From Thermoplasmata archaeon (GTDB lineage Archaea > Thermoplasmatota > Thermoplasmata > UBA10834), in the NCBI GenBank assembly GCA_041548485.1, contig JBFESP010000002.1, forward strand, positions 10,632 through 74,631: 64,000 bases of DNA, written 5' to 3'. The translations under genes and the position numbers were made by a program. Under the pieces are notes generated by a model. The model made no database searches. It was not told the DNA's origin and saw only the letters and a program-made list of their open reading frames with translations. This document shows positions 40,732 through 50,293 of this stretch, in pieces (the stretch's first letter is position 1; each line of letters opens with the position of its first letter).

Positions 40732-41739
40732 GTGGCGATCTTCTTCAACGAGGAGTTCTGTAATCACGTTCAGAGCCCGTTCCATCCGGAGTCTCCCGAG
40801 AGATTGAAGGGCATAGTCCAGAAGCTGAAGCACCACGGATTGTGGGAAGACGTAATCCGCTCGGAAGCGGGAAATGCAGAGCATCTCAAACTCATCCATG
40901 ATGAGGATTACGTGGACTTCATCCGCACGTGCGGCGAATGCAACATCACCATGGACACATCCGTCCACAGCGATACCTACGCTATTGCAGCCCTGTCAGC
41001 CGAATGTGCGATTGACGCGGTGGCACACTCGAAGAAGAAGGAAGAGCCGTCGTTCGCCTTGACGAGACCTCCAGGTCATCACGCGGGTGCGAACTATGGT
41101 ATGGGGTTCTGCTACTTCAACAACATAGCAGTAGCTGCCGCCCATCTGCTAGACCGGGGGGACAAGAGGATTGCGATTATCGATTCCGATGTACACCACG
41201 GAAACGGCACGGAACAGGTGTTCGCAGGGAGATCGGATGTGCTATACATCTCAATACATCAGACGGGCATCTTCCCGGGAACGGGGAGCGTTGACTTCCT
41301 TGGGAAGGGCGACGGAGAAGGGTTCACAATCAACTTGCCACTGGACTCGGGCTGCGGGGATTCGACATACGACCACTTCTACTCCGATATCGTCCTACCA
41401 GTCGTCCAGCAGTTCTCACCAGACGCAATCCTCGTCAGCTTAGGAGTCGATTGCCATTACAGGGATCCGCTCGCATCCATGAGCCTATCGTCTATAGGTC
41501 ACGTGAGAGGAGCGATGGAGCTGGTGCGCCTTTCTGAGTCTTGCGCGAAGAGGCTGACTTTCTTCCTTGAAGGTGGATACGACGTACCCGCTCTCTCGGA
41601 GGTGGTGACCGGCGTCGTCGGTGTCCTCAGGGGGGTGGACATCCCCCTGGAGTTCAGGGAAGTGCTGGACAACAGCTGCCTAGGACGCATCGCCATCGAA
41701 CGATGCAGGACGAATGCCTCCGAACACTGGGACCTATGA
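40732..41739 (+). CDS. Histone deacetylase family protein
   Basis: HPESPERL, RPPGHHA, GFCYFNN, DVHHGNGT and LEGGY motifs. Confidence 0.92.
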   Translation: MAIFFNEEFCNHVQSPFHPESPERLKGIVQKLKHHGLWEDVIRSEAGNAEHLKLIHDEDYVDFIRTCGECNITMDTSVHSDTYAIAALSAECAIDAVAHSKKKEEPSFALTRPPGHHAGANYGMGFCYFNNIAVAAAHLLDRGDKRIAIIDSDVHHGNGTEQVFAGRSDVLYISIHQTGIFPGTGSVDFLGKGDGEGFTINLPLDSGCGDSTYDHFYSDIVLPVVQQFSPDAILVSLGVDCHYRDPLASMSLSSIGHVRGAMELVRLSESCAKRLTFFLEGGYDVPALSEVVTGVVGVLRGVDIPLEFREVLDNSCLGRIAIERCRTNASEHWDL

Positions 41740-42891
41740 GCTCGGTTTTCTCCTCCTAGCGTCCAGGCGTTTCTCGCGCTCCTTTCTGATGTTCTTCTCC
41801 ATCATGTCGAGAGCGGTATCCAGCGACCGGTACAGATCCCAATCACTGGCCTTTGAGTAGTACATCCCACTGTCGGTGGTCAGCCTAGCGCCGAGGCTGG
41901 ATTTGGTCTTAAGGCCGCCCTGATGGTAGGACGTCACGTGGACGGAGAAAACCTTCGGTGGCTCCATCTTGTCAATCCTCTTCATCGACCTGCCGATGAG
42001 ATCGTACATGATCTCGTAGACCTCGGGATCCTCCGCATCGAGGCCTGTGATCTGTACATAGACACCCTCCTGAGGCCTGAGGCTGATAATCTGCTCCATG
42101 ATGTCGGTATGCGATACAACGCCGACCAGTTTCATCTCATCAGCGACGAACAGTGTAGAGAGATTCTTCGAGAGCATAATGGAGACGACTCTGTCGAGAG
42201 TGTCGGTGGGAGACACGGAAACGGGGTGCGTGTTCATGACGCTGCCCACCCTCACATCCGCGGGCTCTCTGTCCCCCCTGACCTCGTTCGGTGGTTTCGA
42301 TGCTCTCGGAGACCAGACGACCTCCAATATCTCCGTCATCCCAATCGCTCCGATGAGCAGATTCTGATCTGCGACAACCGGAAGCGTCTTCTCATTCAAA
42401 CTCTTCATGAGAATCTGGGCATTCCTCACAGGTTCGTTCTCAGCGACCGTGACGGGAGCCGTGCTCATTATCGACCCCGCCGTTCTGCGTCTCAGCTCGT
42501 CCATTTTGGACATTACCCGAATGATGTCGGTCCGCGACAGGAATCCCACGAGCTTGTGGTTCCTCACCACCGGGGCTCCCCTCACACCAGTCGACATAAG
42601 CTCCTCAGCGGCGCTCACGATGGTCATGTCTTCTTCCAGCTTTGGGCAGGGGACCATTATGTGCTCGACCTTTGCGGTGAGAGGCAAGTTCCGCCTCGAC
42701 AACAGAGAGTAGTAGCTCACAAGCCCGAGCGGCTTTTCGTCCTCGATGACTGGAATCTCCCTGACGCGCTCCTTCTTCATTCTAGATATGACTTCGGATA
42801 CCGTCTCGCCCTTGCTAACGGTCACACGAGGCGTGCTCATGACATCCTTCACGAGAAGCTTGCTGATCTCAGTTGCCTTCAATTTGAACAC
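41734..42891 (-). CDS. CBS-domain protein with C-terminal HPF/RaiA-like domain (archaeal ribosome hibernation factor candidate)
   Basis: Four CBS repeats, then YVQITGL...ARLTT...YYSKASDWDLYRSLD..L..MEK.IRK. Confidence 0.75.
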   Translation of the reverse strand: MFKLKATEISKLLVKDVMSTPRVTVSKGETVSEVISRMKKERVREIPVIEDEKPLGLVSYYSLLSRRNLPLTAKVEHIMVPCPKLEEDMTIVSAAEELMSTGVRGAPVVRNHKLVGFLSRTDIIRVMSKMDELRRRTAGSIMSTAPVTVAENEPVRNAQILMKSLNEKTLPVVADQNLLIGAIGMTEILEVVWSPRASKPPNEVRGDREPADVRVGSVMNTHPVSVSPTDTLDRVVSIMLSKNLSTLFVADEMKLVGVVSHTDIMEQIISLRPQEGVYVQITGLDAEDPEVYEIMYDLIGRSMKRIDKMEPPKVFSVHVTSYHQGGLKTKSSLGARLTTDSGMYYSKASDWDLYRSLDTALDMMEKNIRKEREKRLDARRRKPSS

Positions 42892-43177
42892 TTCCTAGCA
42901 ATACGAGGCGTGGAAAACACATCTGGGTTTCATGCCTAGTCATAGCAATCAGACTCCCCCATCTAAATACTTTCTGTGCTGCATCCATTGCTGATAATTT
43001 CGTCAATGATTTATAGCCTCGACCCAATCCGGTAGAACGAGGTCGCCGTATAGTCTCGTCACGGACGGGTTTAGGGCATGGGGGGCTGGGATTACGAACG
43101 ACAAGTCAGCGAGTGCAGGCAGGAGAGTTGGTCCAGGGGAGGACGATGGAGGGACATCCCCACAGGGACCTCCCCTT

Positions 43178-44395
43178 GAATTCCTGACGCTGGATGATTT
43201 TGACGTAAAAGGCAAGCGGGTCCTCCTGAGGGTGGACATCAACTCGCCTGTCGACGAGCGCACATTGAAGGTTGAGGACGGGTCGAAAATCGCTTCCGCC
43301 GTTCCGACGTTGAGGGAGCTGATTGACCGCGGAGCCAGGTTGGTGGTTCTTGCACATCAAGGACGACCAGGCGACTACGACTTCATAACGCTGAACGAAC
43401 ATGCTGACTGGCTGAGCAGGTACTCTGGTAAGAAGGTGAGGTATATCAACGACACATTCGGACCCCATGCGAAGAAGGCCATCGATTCCTTGGGGGAAGG
43501 AGAGTGCGTCCTACTGCAGAATGTAAGGAATTTCTCGGGGGAGCAGCTCAAACTCACGCCTGAGGAGCACGCGCAGTCTCCCATGGTGAAGGCCCTTGCC
43601 CCCAAGTTCGACCTGTTTGTGAATGATGCGTTCGCATCCGCTCACAGATCGCACGCGTCCCTCCTGGGGTTCACGACCGTTCTGCCTTCCGCCGTCGGGA
43701 GGCTGATGGAGAAAGAAGTGAGGGCCATGTTCGAAATCCTCCGAACCCCTTCAAGACCGGCCACGTTTGTGTTCGGCGGCACCAAGTTCGCGGACGCCCT
43801 TCCGGTCATAAGGAGGCTGGCTGAATCCGACCGTGTGGACCACGTGCTCATCGCAGGTCTGGCTGGCTACACCTGCCAGTGGATCATGGGTCACAGGATA
43901 GGCTCTGGTACGGAGAAACTCGCGCGCCGAGACGTCACGGATAAGATCAGAGAAGCCGCGAGGGTTCTAATAAACGACCATGGTGACAAGATCGCCTTGC
44001 CGGTCGACTGTGCCGTCGAGGAGGGCGGAAAACGAATTGAATATCCTCTCGATGACCTGCCGGAGGAGGCGGCGATACTCGATATTGGCTCTGTGACGAT
44101 TGAGAGGTTCAAGGCCGTTGTCGAGCTGTCGAAGACCGTGTTCCTGTCCGGCCCGCCAGGCGTATACGAGCGGGAGGGGTTCGCCACTGGCACACGCGAA
44201 CTGTTCGAAGCCATAGCTTCGTCGGGAGCATATTCCGTCATCGGAGGGGGGCATTCTGGTGCGGCGGCGCATCAGCTCGGCATGAGCGAGCGGTTCTCCT
44301 ACATCAGCACCGGAGGTGGGGCGATAGAACGCATGATACTCGGCAAGAGTATGCCAGTCATCGAAGCTCTGAAGGCCTCTGCGAATCGAGGTTAG
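43178..44395 (+). CDS. pgk: Phosphoglycerate kinase (start codon unresolved)
   Basis: FLTLDD...GKRVLLRVDINSP, LAHQGRP, NDAFASAHR and YISTGGGA motifs. The first canonical start (GTG 43232) lies inside the conserved N-terminal motif. Confidence 0.9.
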   Translation, partial: EFLTLDDFDVKGKRVLLRVDINSPVDERTLKVEDGSKIASAVPTLRELIDRGARLVVLAHQGRPGDYDFITLNEHADWLSRYSGKKVRYINDTFGPHAKKAIDSLGEGECVLLQNVRNFSGEQLKLTPEEHAQSPMVKALAPKFDLFVNDAFASAHRSHASLLGFTTVLPSAVGRLMEKEVRAMFEILRTPSRPATFVFGGTKFADALPVIRRLAESDRVDHVLIAGLAGYTCQWIMGHRIGSGTEKLARRDVTDKIREAARVLINDHGDKIALPVDCAVEEGGKRIEYPLDDLPEEAAILDIGSVTIERFKAVVELSKTVFLSGPPGVYEREGFATGTRELFEAIASSGAYSVIGGGHSGAAAHQLGMSERFSYISTGGGAIERMILGKSMPVIEALKASANRG

Positions 44396-45030
44396 CTGTA
44401 CGGAAAGCTCTTCTTTCCGCCGCCTCCGAGGATGGTGCCTCCGAGAGACCTGGCCCTGACGAGCCCCCTCAACGGCACACTGTCAATTTCATTCAGGCTG
44501 CCCTTGTTGACCAGTACGAGTGTGAGGACGGGCACCCCACCGGCTTCCTTGATGTCGGTTATCGCTCCCTTGATCGTGGCACCAGTACTCAGCACGTCAT
44601 CCACGATGATGATCTTCTTGCCGTTGCCGACCGAGGCGTAGTTCGAGCTGAAGGCGCCCCCGCTCTGACTCTCCGCATGGGGCCTGTACACACCGAGGTC
44701 GATGCCGAGGACCTCGGACAGCTTCGCGGCAAACGGTATACCGTTTATGGACACACCGAGCACAACCTCCGCATCCTGGTCCTGCTTGCCAAGTTCTTCG
44801 AGGGCTATGTCGGCCATCAGCTCGGCCATCAATCCAATTCTGTATCCCGAGACCCCCACAGACCTCCATCCTATCTTCACGTCGGACGGTGGAAGGCCTT
44901 CCGGACCGTATTCCACGAGATAATTGACAGTGTCAATGGAAAGGTGCAGTTCATCCGCTACATCGCGGACGCTCAGGCCTTTCTTCCTTAGCATCTTGGC
45001 ATTTGCTGCCAGCTCTTTAACGTCTACCAT
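44392..45030 (-). CDS. gfcR: Orotate phosphoribosyltransferase-like protein (HTH + PRT; GfcR family)
   Basis: N-terminal HTH (GLS..VADELHLS.DT), D..I.WRS.G, FSSNYA and IIVDDVLSTG motifs. Confidence 0.8.
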   Translation of the reverse strand: MVDVKELAANAKMLRKKGLSVRDVADELHLSIDTVNYLVEYGPEGLPPSDVKIGWRSVGVSGYRIGLMAELMADIALEELGKQDQDAEVVLGVSINGIPFAAKLSEVLGIDLGVYRPHAESQSGGAFSSNYASVGNGKKIIIVDDVLSTGATIKGAITDIKEAGGVPVLTLVLVNKGSLNEIDSVPLRGLVRARSLGGTILGGGGKKSFPYS

Positions 45031-45066
45031 CTTGCCACCGGATTCAAAGAGTACGATGTTACGATA

Positions 45067-45975
45067 TTAACCTTTCTCTGCGGGGCGCGACTCCAGGCTC
45101 TCCACCATCGCAACAAGGGCCCGATTCAACGGTGTGGCCACTCCGACCCCAGCACCTATCTGGCATATGTGTCCGTTTATACTCGATATCTCGGTCTTGC
45201 GACCGAGTTCGACATCCCTCAGCATGCTCGACCGATTGTGCGCGGTCTCCTGCGCCACGGCCCTTGCACGCCTGTAAACGGATGTCTCGGGCAGAACGAT
45301 CCCCGCCGCACTCGCCACAGATTCACACTCGAGACATATCTCAGACATGAGCCTGGAGGTCGTCCTGCTTTCGAGCAATGCCCCGTTCGCCACCCGCAGC
45401 ACCGCGGTGAGGGGATTGATGGATGCGTTCACGATCGCCTTTGCCCATATCTCACCATTCATCTCCATCGTAACGGACGATGGTATACCGGCCTTTCTGA
45501 AGACGGATGAGATGTAGGCCGCGGACTCCTTGTCGATGTCGGCGCCGATGATTGTTCTGCCAATTCCCGCAATCTGAACGATTCCAGGGGACGCGAGAGA
45601 TGCACCCATAGTCGTGGTGCCACCGAAGGCAGACTGCCCGAACCACTCGCGAAGCGTCTCGATGTTGCCTAGCCCGTTCTGAAGCGTCAACACCTTGGTG
45701 TTGGCATTCACCCAATGTCTGCAAACTTCTGCTACCGCTCTCGTGTTGTACGACTTCGTCGTTATCAGCATCAAGTCGGGAGGGTCAAGCCCATCAATGC
45801 TCTGGTACGCCTCGGCATCTACCTTCTTCCTGACGACGCCTCGGAGCTCCAACCCGCTCTTCCGGATGGCTTCGACATTCGCGGCTCGTCCGATTAGAAC
45901 CACTTCATGCTGCTCGGCAAGCATGCCGCCGAAGGCACTTCCGAGAGACCCCGCCCCGTAAACGCAGATTCTCAT
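45067..45975 (-). CDS. panE: 2-dehydropantoate 2-reductase
   Basis: YGAGSLG, TLQNGLG, IWAKAIVNASINPLTA and SSMLRD...TEI..ING motifs. Confidence 0.93.
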   Translation of the reverse strand: MRICVYGAGSLGSAFGGMLAEQHEVVLIGRAANVEAIRKSGLELRGVVRKKVDAEAYQSIDGLDPPDLMLITTKSYNTRAVAEVCRHWVNANTKVLTLQNGLGNIETLREWFGQSAFGGTTTMGASLASPGIVQIAGIGRTIIGADIDKESAAYISSVFRKAGIPSSVTMEMNGEIWAKAIVNASINPLTAVLRVANGALLESRTTSRLMSEICLECESVASAAGIVLPETSVYRRARAVAQETAHNRSSMLRDVELGRKTEISSINGHICQIGAGVGVATPLNRALVAMVESLESRPAEKG

Positions 45976-46175
45976 CTGACCTTGAACCACTATATTATCT
46001 GCCTATTTGTTGCTTACCGAGCGACGGGCACGATTGGCGGAGCTTAGGAGGTCTGAGAGACCTAGTCGAAGTCTCCCTCCACACGTCGGAAGCCGTGCCT
46101 GTGACTATCTCTCCATTGCCGGAAAGCAGTGGGGATGAAAGAATTAAGAACACGCAGAGACAAGTACGACCCGAG

Positions 46176-47195
46176 ATGTCCGAAGGCCCCCTGACCACAT
46201 ATTGGAGCATTCTAGATGGCACTTCAGAACCCAGGTACCTCGAATCGAAGCGCAAGTCTACGGATGTCGACCTAGATGCTGACACAGAAACCCTCTGGAC
46301 AGCCCACGAACGAGCAGTAAGGTACTCCGGGAGGAGTGACGGACCATCACTCCTTGACCTTAAGATCGAGCTGGCGGGCCGAATGCTCAGAGGGTGCTCC
46401 ATGTGTGAGAGGGCATGTGGAGTGAACAGGATTGAAGGAGAGGTCGGTCATTGCGGAGTGTCGGACACACGGATATCAAGCGAGTTCTTGCACATGGGTG
46501 AGGAGCCGGACCTTGTACCATCTCACACGATATTTCTCTCCGGGTGTACTTTCGACTGCGTCTTCTGTCAGAACTGGGACATATCCACGCGACCTGATTC
46601 AGGTGAGGCGGGCGAACCGGTCGCCCTCGCCGGGGTGATTGCGCGAAAGGCCTCTCGGGCCGAGGCGTTGACGGGCGGAATGTGGCGGGCTCCGGCGAGG
46701 AATGTCAACTGGGTGGGTGGCGACCCCACCTCTCACATATGCTTCATCCTCGAAACGCTCAGAGAGTGCAGCGCACGAACCCCTCAGATATGGAATTCCA
46801 ACATGTACCTGACCGCGCCAGCGCTGAGACTACTCGAGGGCGTCATCGACTTGTATCTCACCGATTTCAAGTACGGCAACGACGATTGCGCCAAACGCCT
46901 GTCGAATGTGGAGAATTACACAGACGTCGTCAGGCGGAATCACAAGGCCGCGAGGTCGAATGCGGAGATGGTTGTCAGGCATCTCGTGCTACCCAACCAC
47001 ATCGACTGCTGCACCAAGCCAGTACTCAGCTGGATTGCTGACAACCTGAGCGGAGTCAGGGTGAACGTCATGGCGCAGTACAGGCCCGCACACAGGGCGC
47101 GCGAGCACCAGGATATTTCCCGGCCCCTAAGGTCTTCGGAGTACAGGGAGGCAGCAACCTTCGCTGGTGATTTGGGCTTGGACTTATGTGGCTGA
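46176..47195 (+). CDS. PflX-like radical SAM protein
   Basis: CSMCERACGVNR, HMGEEP, CTFDCVFCQNWDIS, WVGGDP and VRHLVLPNH motifs. Confidence 0.88.
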   Translation: MSEGPLTTYWSILDGTSEPRYLESKRKSTDVDLDADTETLWTAHERAVRYSGRSDGPSLLDLKIELAGRMLRGCSMCERACGVNRIEGEVGHCGVSDTRISSEFLHMGEEPDLVPSHTIFLSGCTFDCVFCQNWDISTRPDSGEAGEPVALAGVIARKASRAEALTGGMWRAPARNVNWVGGDPTSHICFILETLRECSARTPQIWNSNMYLTAPALRLLEGVIDLYLTDFKYGNDDCAKRLSNVENYTDVVRRNHKAARSNAEMVVRHLVLPNHIDCCTKPVLSWIADNLSGVRVNVMAQYRPAHRAREHQDISRPLRSSEYREAATFAGDLGLDLCG

Positions 47196-47251
47196 CGGCC
47201 GGAGGCCAACACCCTCGAATGGATTAAGTACGGCGACTCTAATCATTCCAC

Positions 47252-48145
47252 GTGGATTCGTCAGAGGCAATAAGTATCATCGCGTTTCTAGGAGCCGCAG
47301 CGACTCTTGGGTGCGCTTCACTCCTGGACATCCGAACAAGACGAGTGCCTAACCGGTTTTGGATCTTCCTTTCCCTGCTCGGGATTATCCTCATCTTGCT
47401 GAGAATCATGGTGGACGAAGAGCGTGCGGAGTTTGCGCTCATCCTCGTGCCAATCGTCGCAGTCCTGTCAGATGTGTACCTTGACACCGAAGGGGACTCG
47501 ATGTTGGCCAGGAGCGCTCCTGTCATGAAGTACGCCACGGCACTAGTCGCCGTGGTAGCTCTGGGGGTTTTGTGGGCAGATGACAGCTACTTCCAGTCCC
47601 TTCTCGCAGTGCCAATAATGATGATGGTGTTTGTGGCATTGTACGCGTTGGACATCATCAAGGGCGGAGCGGACGCGAAGGCGTTGATCGCACTGGCCGT
47701 CGTCTTTCCATTCGTCCCGGCCATAGGCAATCTTCCTCTCGTCGTTCCACTAGATTCGACTGCAAGCGTGCTGTTTCCGTTTGCATTCGCGGTGTTGATA
47801 GATGCGGCAATCCTCGTCCTATTCCTACCACTCGGATTCCTTGTCCGCAACCTGGCATCCCGTGATATCAAGCTCCCCCAGATGCTACTCGGCTACATGA
47901 TCGATTCAGGCACGGATGCGCCTGGGTTCATCTGGCTCATGGAGCGTGTCGAAGACGGGAGGCACAGGATATATACCCGCCCTGCAGGAGATGAGGATGC
48001 ATCAGAGGAGCTGAAGAAGTTGAGGGAACATGGCAGACCGAAGGTGTGGGTCACTCCAAAGATACCATTCATAGTGCCCATATTCGCCGGACTCATCATA
48101 GCGACCATCGCCGGCAACCTCCTGTTCCTACTGTTCGGATTCTGA
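47252..48145 (+). CDS. Prepilin/preflagellin peptidase (A24, FlaK/PibD-like)
   Basis: LLDIRTRRVPN..W, GGADAKAL and KVWVTPKIPFIVP motifs. Confidence 0.88.
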   Translation: MDSSEAISIIAFLGAAATLGCASLLDIRTRRVPNRFWIFLSLLGIILILLRIMVDEERAEFALILVPIVAVLSDVYLDTEGDSMLARSAPVMKYATALVAVVALGVLWADDSYFQSLLAVPIMMMVFVALYALDIIKGGADAKALIALAVVFPFVPAIGNLPLVVPLDSTASVLFPFAFAVLIDAAILVLFLPLGFLVRNLASRDIKLPQMLLGYMIDSGTDAPGFIWLMERVEDGRHRIYTRPAGDEDASEELKKLREHGRPKVWVTPKIPFIVPIFAGLIIATIAGNLLFLLFGF

Positions 48146-48199
48146 AGAATGCCAATCAGAAGATGTCACAGGACTGATCGGCAGATCGTGCGTGCCCCC

Positions 48200-49222
48200 C
48201 TAGACTACAATATTCAGGGAGCGACCACATCCCCTACAGAGATTCCCTTCGAGGGCGTTCCTCGAGATTGAGAGTCCAGTCCTCTCAATCGCAAGGGTTC
48301 CGCACTCTGGGCAGAAGGTGTCATCGCGGTCGCCAGCATGGACATTTCCGAGGTATACGAATTCGAGGCCTGCCTTTCGCGCGACGTCAAAGGCAAGGTC
48401 CAGAGTCTTCATCGGAGTTATCGGAACCTTCGTCAGTCTGTAGTCGGGGTGAAAGGCCGAGAAATGCACGGGGATGTCCGTTCGGAGGCTGTCTCTCACC
48501 CAGTTCACGAAGCCCTCCAACTCTTCGACGGAGTCGTTGTGGCTAGGGATGACAAGATAGGTCAACTCAAGGTGAATCCCCAGTTCGACGGCCCGCTCGC
48601 AAGTCTCGAGCACGGGCGCAAGATGACCTCCGCAGATATCGCGATAGAACTCCTCTCTGAACGACTTGACATCGATATTCATAGCGTCAATGAGGCCCCT
48701 GAGTTCCATCAGTGGCGATTCGCAGATGTATCCGTTGGTAACGTAACTCGTCCTGAGACCAGCCTCGTGGGCGATGCGTGAGGCGTGAGTTGTGAATTCA
48801 TGCCAAATCGTAGGTTCGTTGTAGGTCCATGAAACAGACTTGGCGTCCCAAGACCTCGCGTGACGTACGACGTCCTCCGGAGACAACTTCGTGAGGGAGG
48901 TCTCTGACGGAGAGGCTCTCGAGATGGAATGGTTCTGACAATGACGGCATGTGAGATTACAGCCGACCGAGCCGAAGGATACGGCCGTCGTCCCTGGTAG
49001 GAAATGGAAGAGGGGTTTCTTCTCAATCGGGTCGGGGTGTATCGACGATGCCAAGCCGTATGTCAAAGAGTAGAGCTTGCCATCCCTGTTCTCCCTTACC
49101 CCGCACAGTCCGCGTTTCCCTGTCGCGATCAGGCAGTTGTGAGGACAGAGCAGGCATCTTATCTGCGTCCCATCCGCCTCGTAGAACCTTGCCTCATGAT
49201 TGACGGGATCTGAAGTGCTCAT
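48200..49222 (-). CDS. amrS: AmmeMemoRadiSam system radical SAM enzyme
   Basis: CLLCPHNC, DPIEKKPLFHF, CNLTCRHCQN, WTYNEP and HFSAFHPDY motifs. Confidence 0.9.
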   Translation of the reverse strand: MSTSDPVNHEARFYEADGTQIRCLLCPHNCLIATGKRGLCGVRENRDGKLYSLTYGLASSIHPDPIEKKPLFHFLPGTTAVSFGSVGCNLTCRHCQNHSISRASPSETSLTKLSPEDVVRHARSWDAKSVSWTYNEPTIWHEFTTHASRIAHEAGLRTSYVTNGYICESPLMELRGLIDAMNIDVKSFREEFYRDICGGHLAPVLETCERAVELGIHLELTYLVIPSHNDSVEELEGFVNWVRDSLRTDIPVHFSAFHPDYRLTKVPITPMKTLDLAFDVARKAGLEFVYLGNVHAGDRDDTFCPECGTLAIERTGLSISRNALEGNLCRGCGRSLNIVV

Positions 49223-50171
49223 ATCCCCGGTTCTCCAGCCTCTCCCTCTTGCCGCTGTCGATAAGAATGTTCTCCTCCCCACTGGTGACCTTCCCGATAA
49301 CTGTCAGTGGACACCCTATGTCGGATGCCAGATTTGCCAGGTCGGTTTCAGCCTCTCGTTTGATTGTGAAGAGCAGCTCATAATCATCGCCGAAGTTGAG
49401 GACTAAGGATTTCTGGCGTTCTAGGTCGTGGAAAGCCAGCTCCACTTCCTTCGCCTTGGAGATGCGAGAATAGTCGATTTCGTAGGTGAGTCCTGAGCTC
49501 CTCGCCAGCTCGAATATCGATGATGATAGTCCATCAGAAATATCCATGCAAGAGGTCACGAACCCGGCGCCTGCGAGAGCTGCGGCCTCCTTAAGCCTTG
49601 GACGGGGGCGCATCAGAGCAGTCTCCGCCTCTCCGAGAGACAGATTGCGCTTCAAGGAGTAGTAACCAGCACCGGCTCTACCGAGTTCGCCGGAGGTAGC
49701 CACGAGGTCTCCAGGTCTAGCGCCTTTTCTCAGCAGGATGTTGTCCCTAGCCACCTCGCCGACCGCAGTACCGCAAAGCGTGAGTGTCTCGTGTTCCTTG
49801 GTGTCGCCCCCGACGATGCTCGTGCCGAAATGCCGCGCGCAGTCGTTCATGCCGTCTACGATCTGCTCAAGATAGTCGATTGGGTGCCCGCGGGTGATCC
49901 CTACCGCTGTGACGACCGCCAGAGGGCGACCGCCCATAGCTGCGATATCGCTGAGATTGACAGCGACAATCGACCAGCCGACATCGTAAGGACCCATACC
50001 CTTCGGGATATGCGTTCTCGGTGCCATCATATCGGTCGTCACCAGGAGGTATCTGTCGCCCATGTCGATTGCGGCACAGTCGTCCCCGATGCCCACCTCG
50101 GCGTCGCTTCTGACGATTCTGTCGATTATCCTAATCGCTCCGCGCTCACCCAGAGTCCCAAGGGTCTTCAC
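49194..50171 (-). CDS. thiL: Thiamine-monophosphate kinase
   Basis: GIGDDCA, NLSDIAAMG, IVGGDT, MDISDGL and GDDYELLFT motifs. Confidence 0.93.
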   Translation of the reverse strand: MKTLGTLGERGAIRIIDRIVRSDAEVGIGDDCAAIDMGDRYLLVTTDMMAPRTHIPKGMGPYDVGWSIVAVNLSDIAAMGGRPLAVVTAVGITRGHPIDYLEQIVDGMNDCARHFGTSIVGGDTKEHETLTLCGTAVGEVARDNILLRKGARPGDLVATSGELGRAGAGYYSLKRNLSLGEAETALMRPRPRLKEAAALAGAGFVTSCMDISDGLSSSIFELARSSGLTYEIDYSRISKAKEVELAFHDLERQKSLVLNFGDDYELLFTIKREAETDLANLASDIGCPLTVIGKVTSGEENILIDSGKRERLENRGYEHFRSRQS

Positions 50172-50293
50172 AAGGACAGCAGATTGCTGTTTCGTAATTA
50201 AGCCTTTTCAGAGGGTTGGACAGTCTTTAAGAAGACCATGACACAGCTTAACGTACTAATAGGCGAATCAGTATTCTTGCCCGGTAATCTGAA

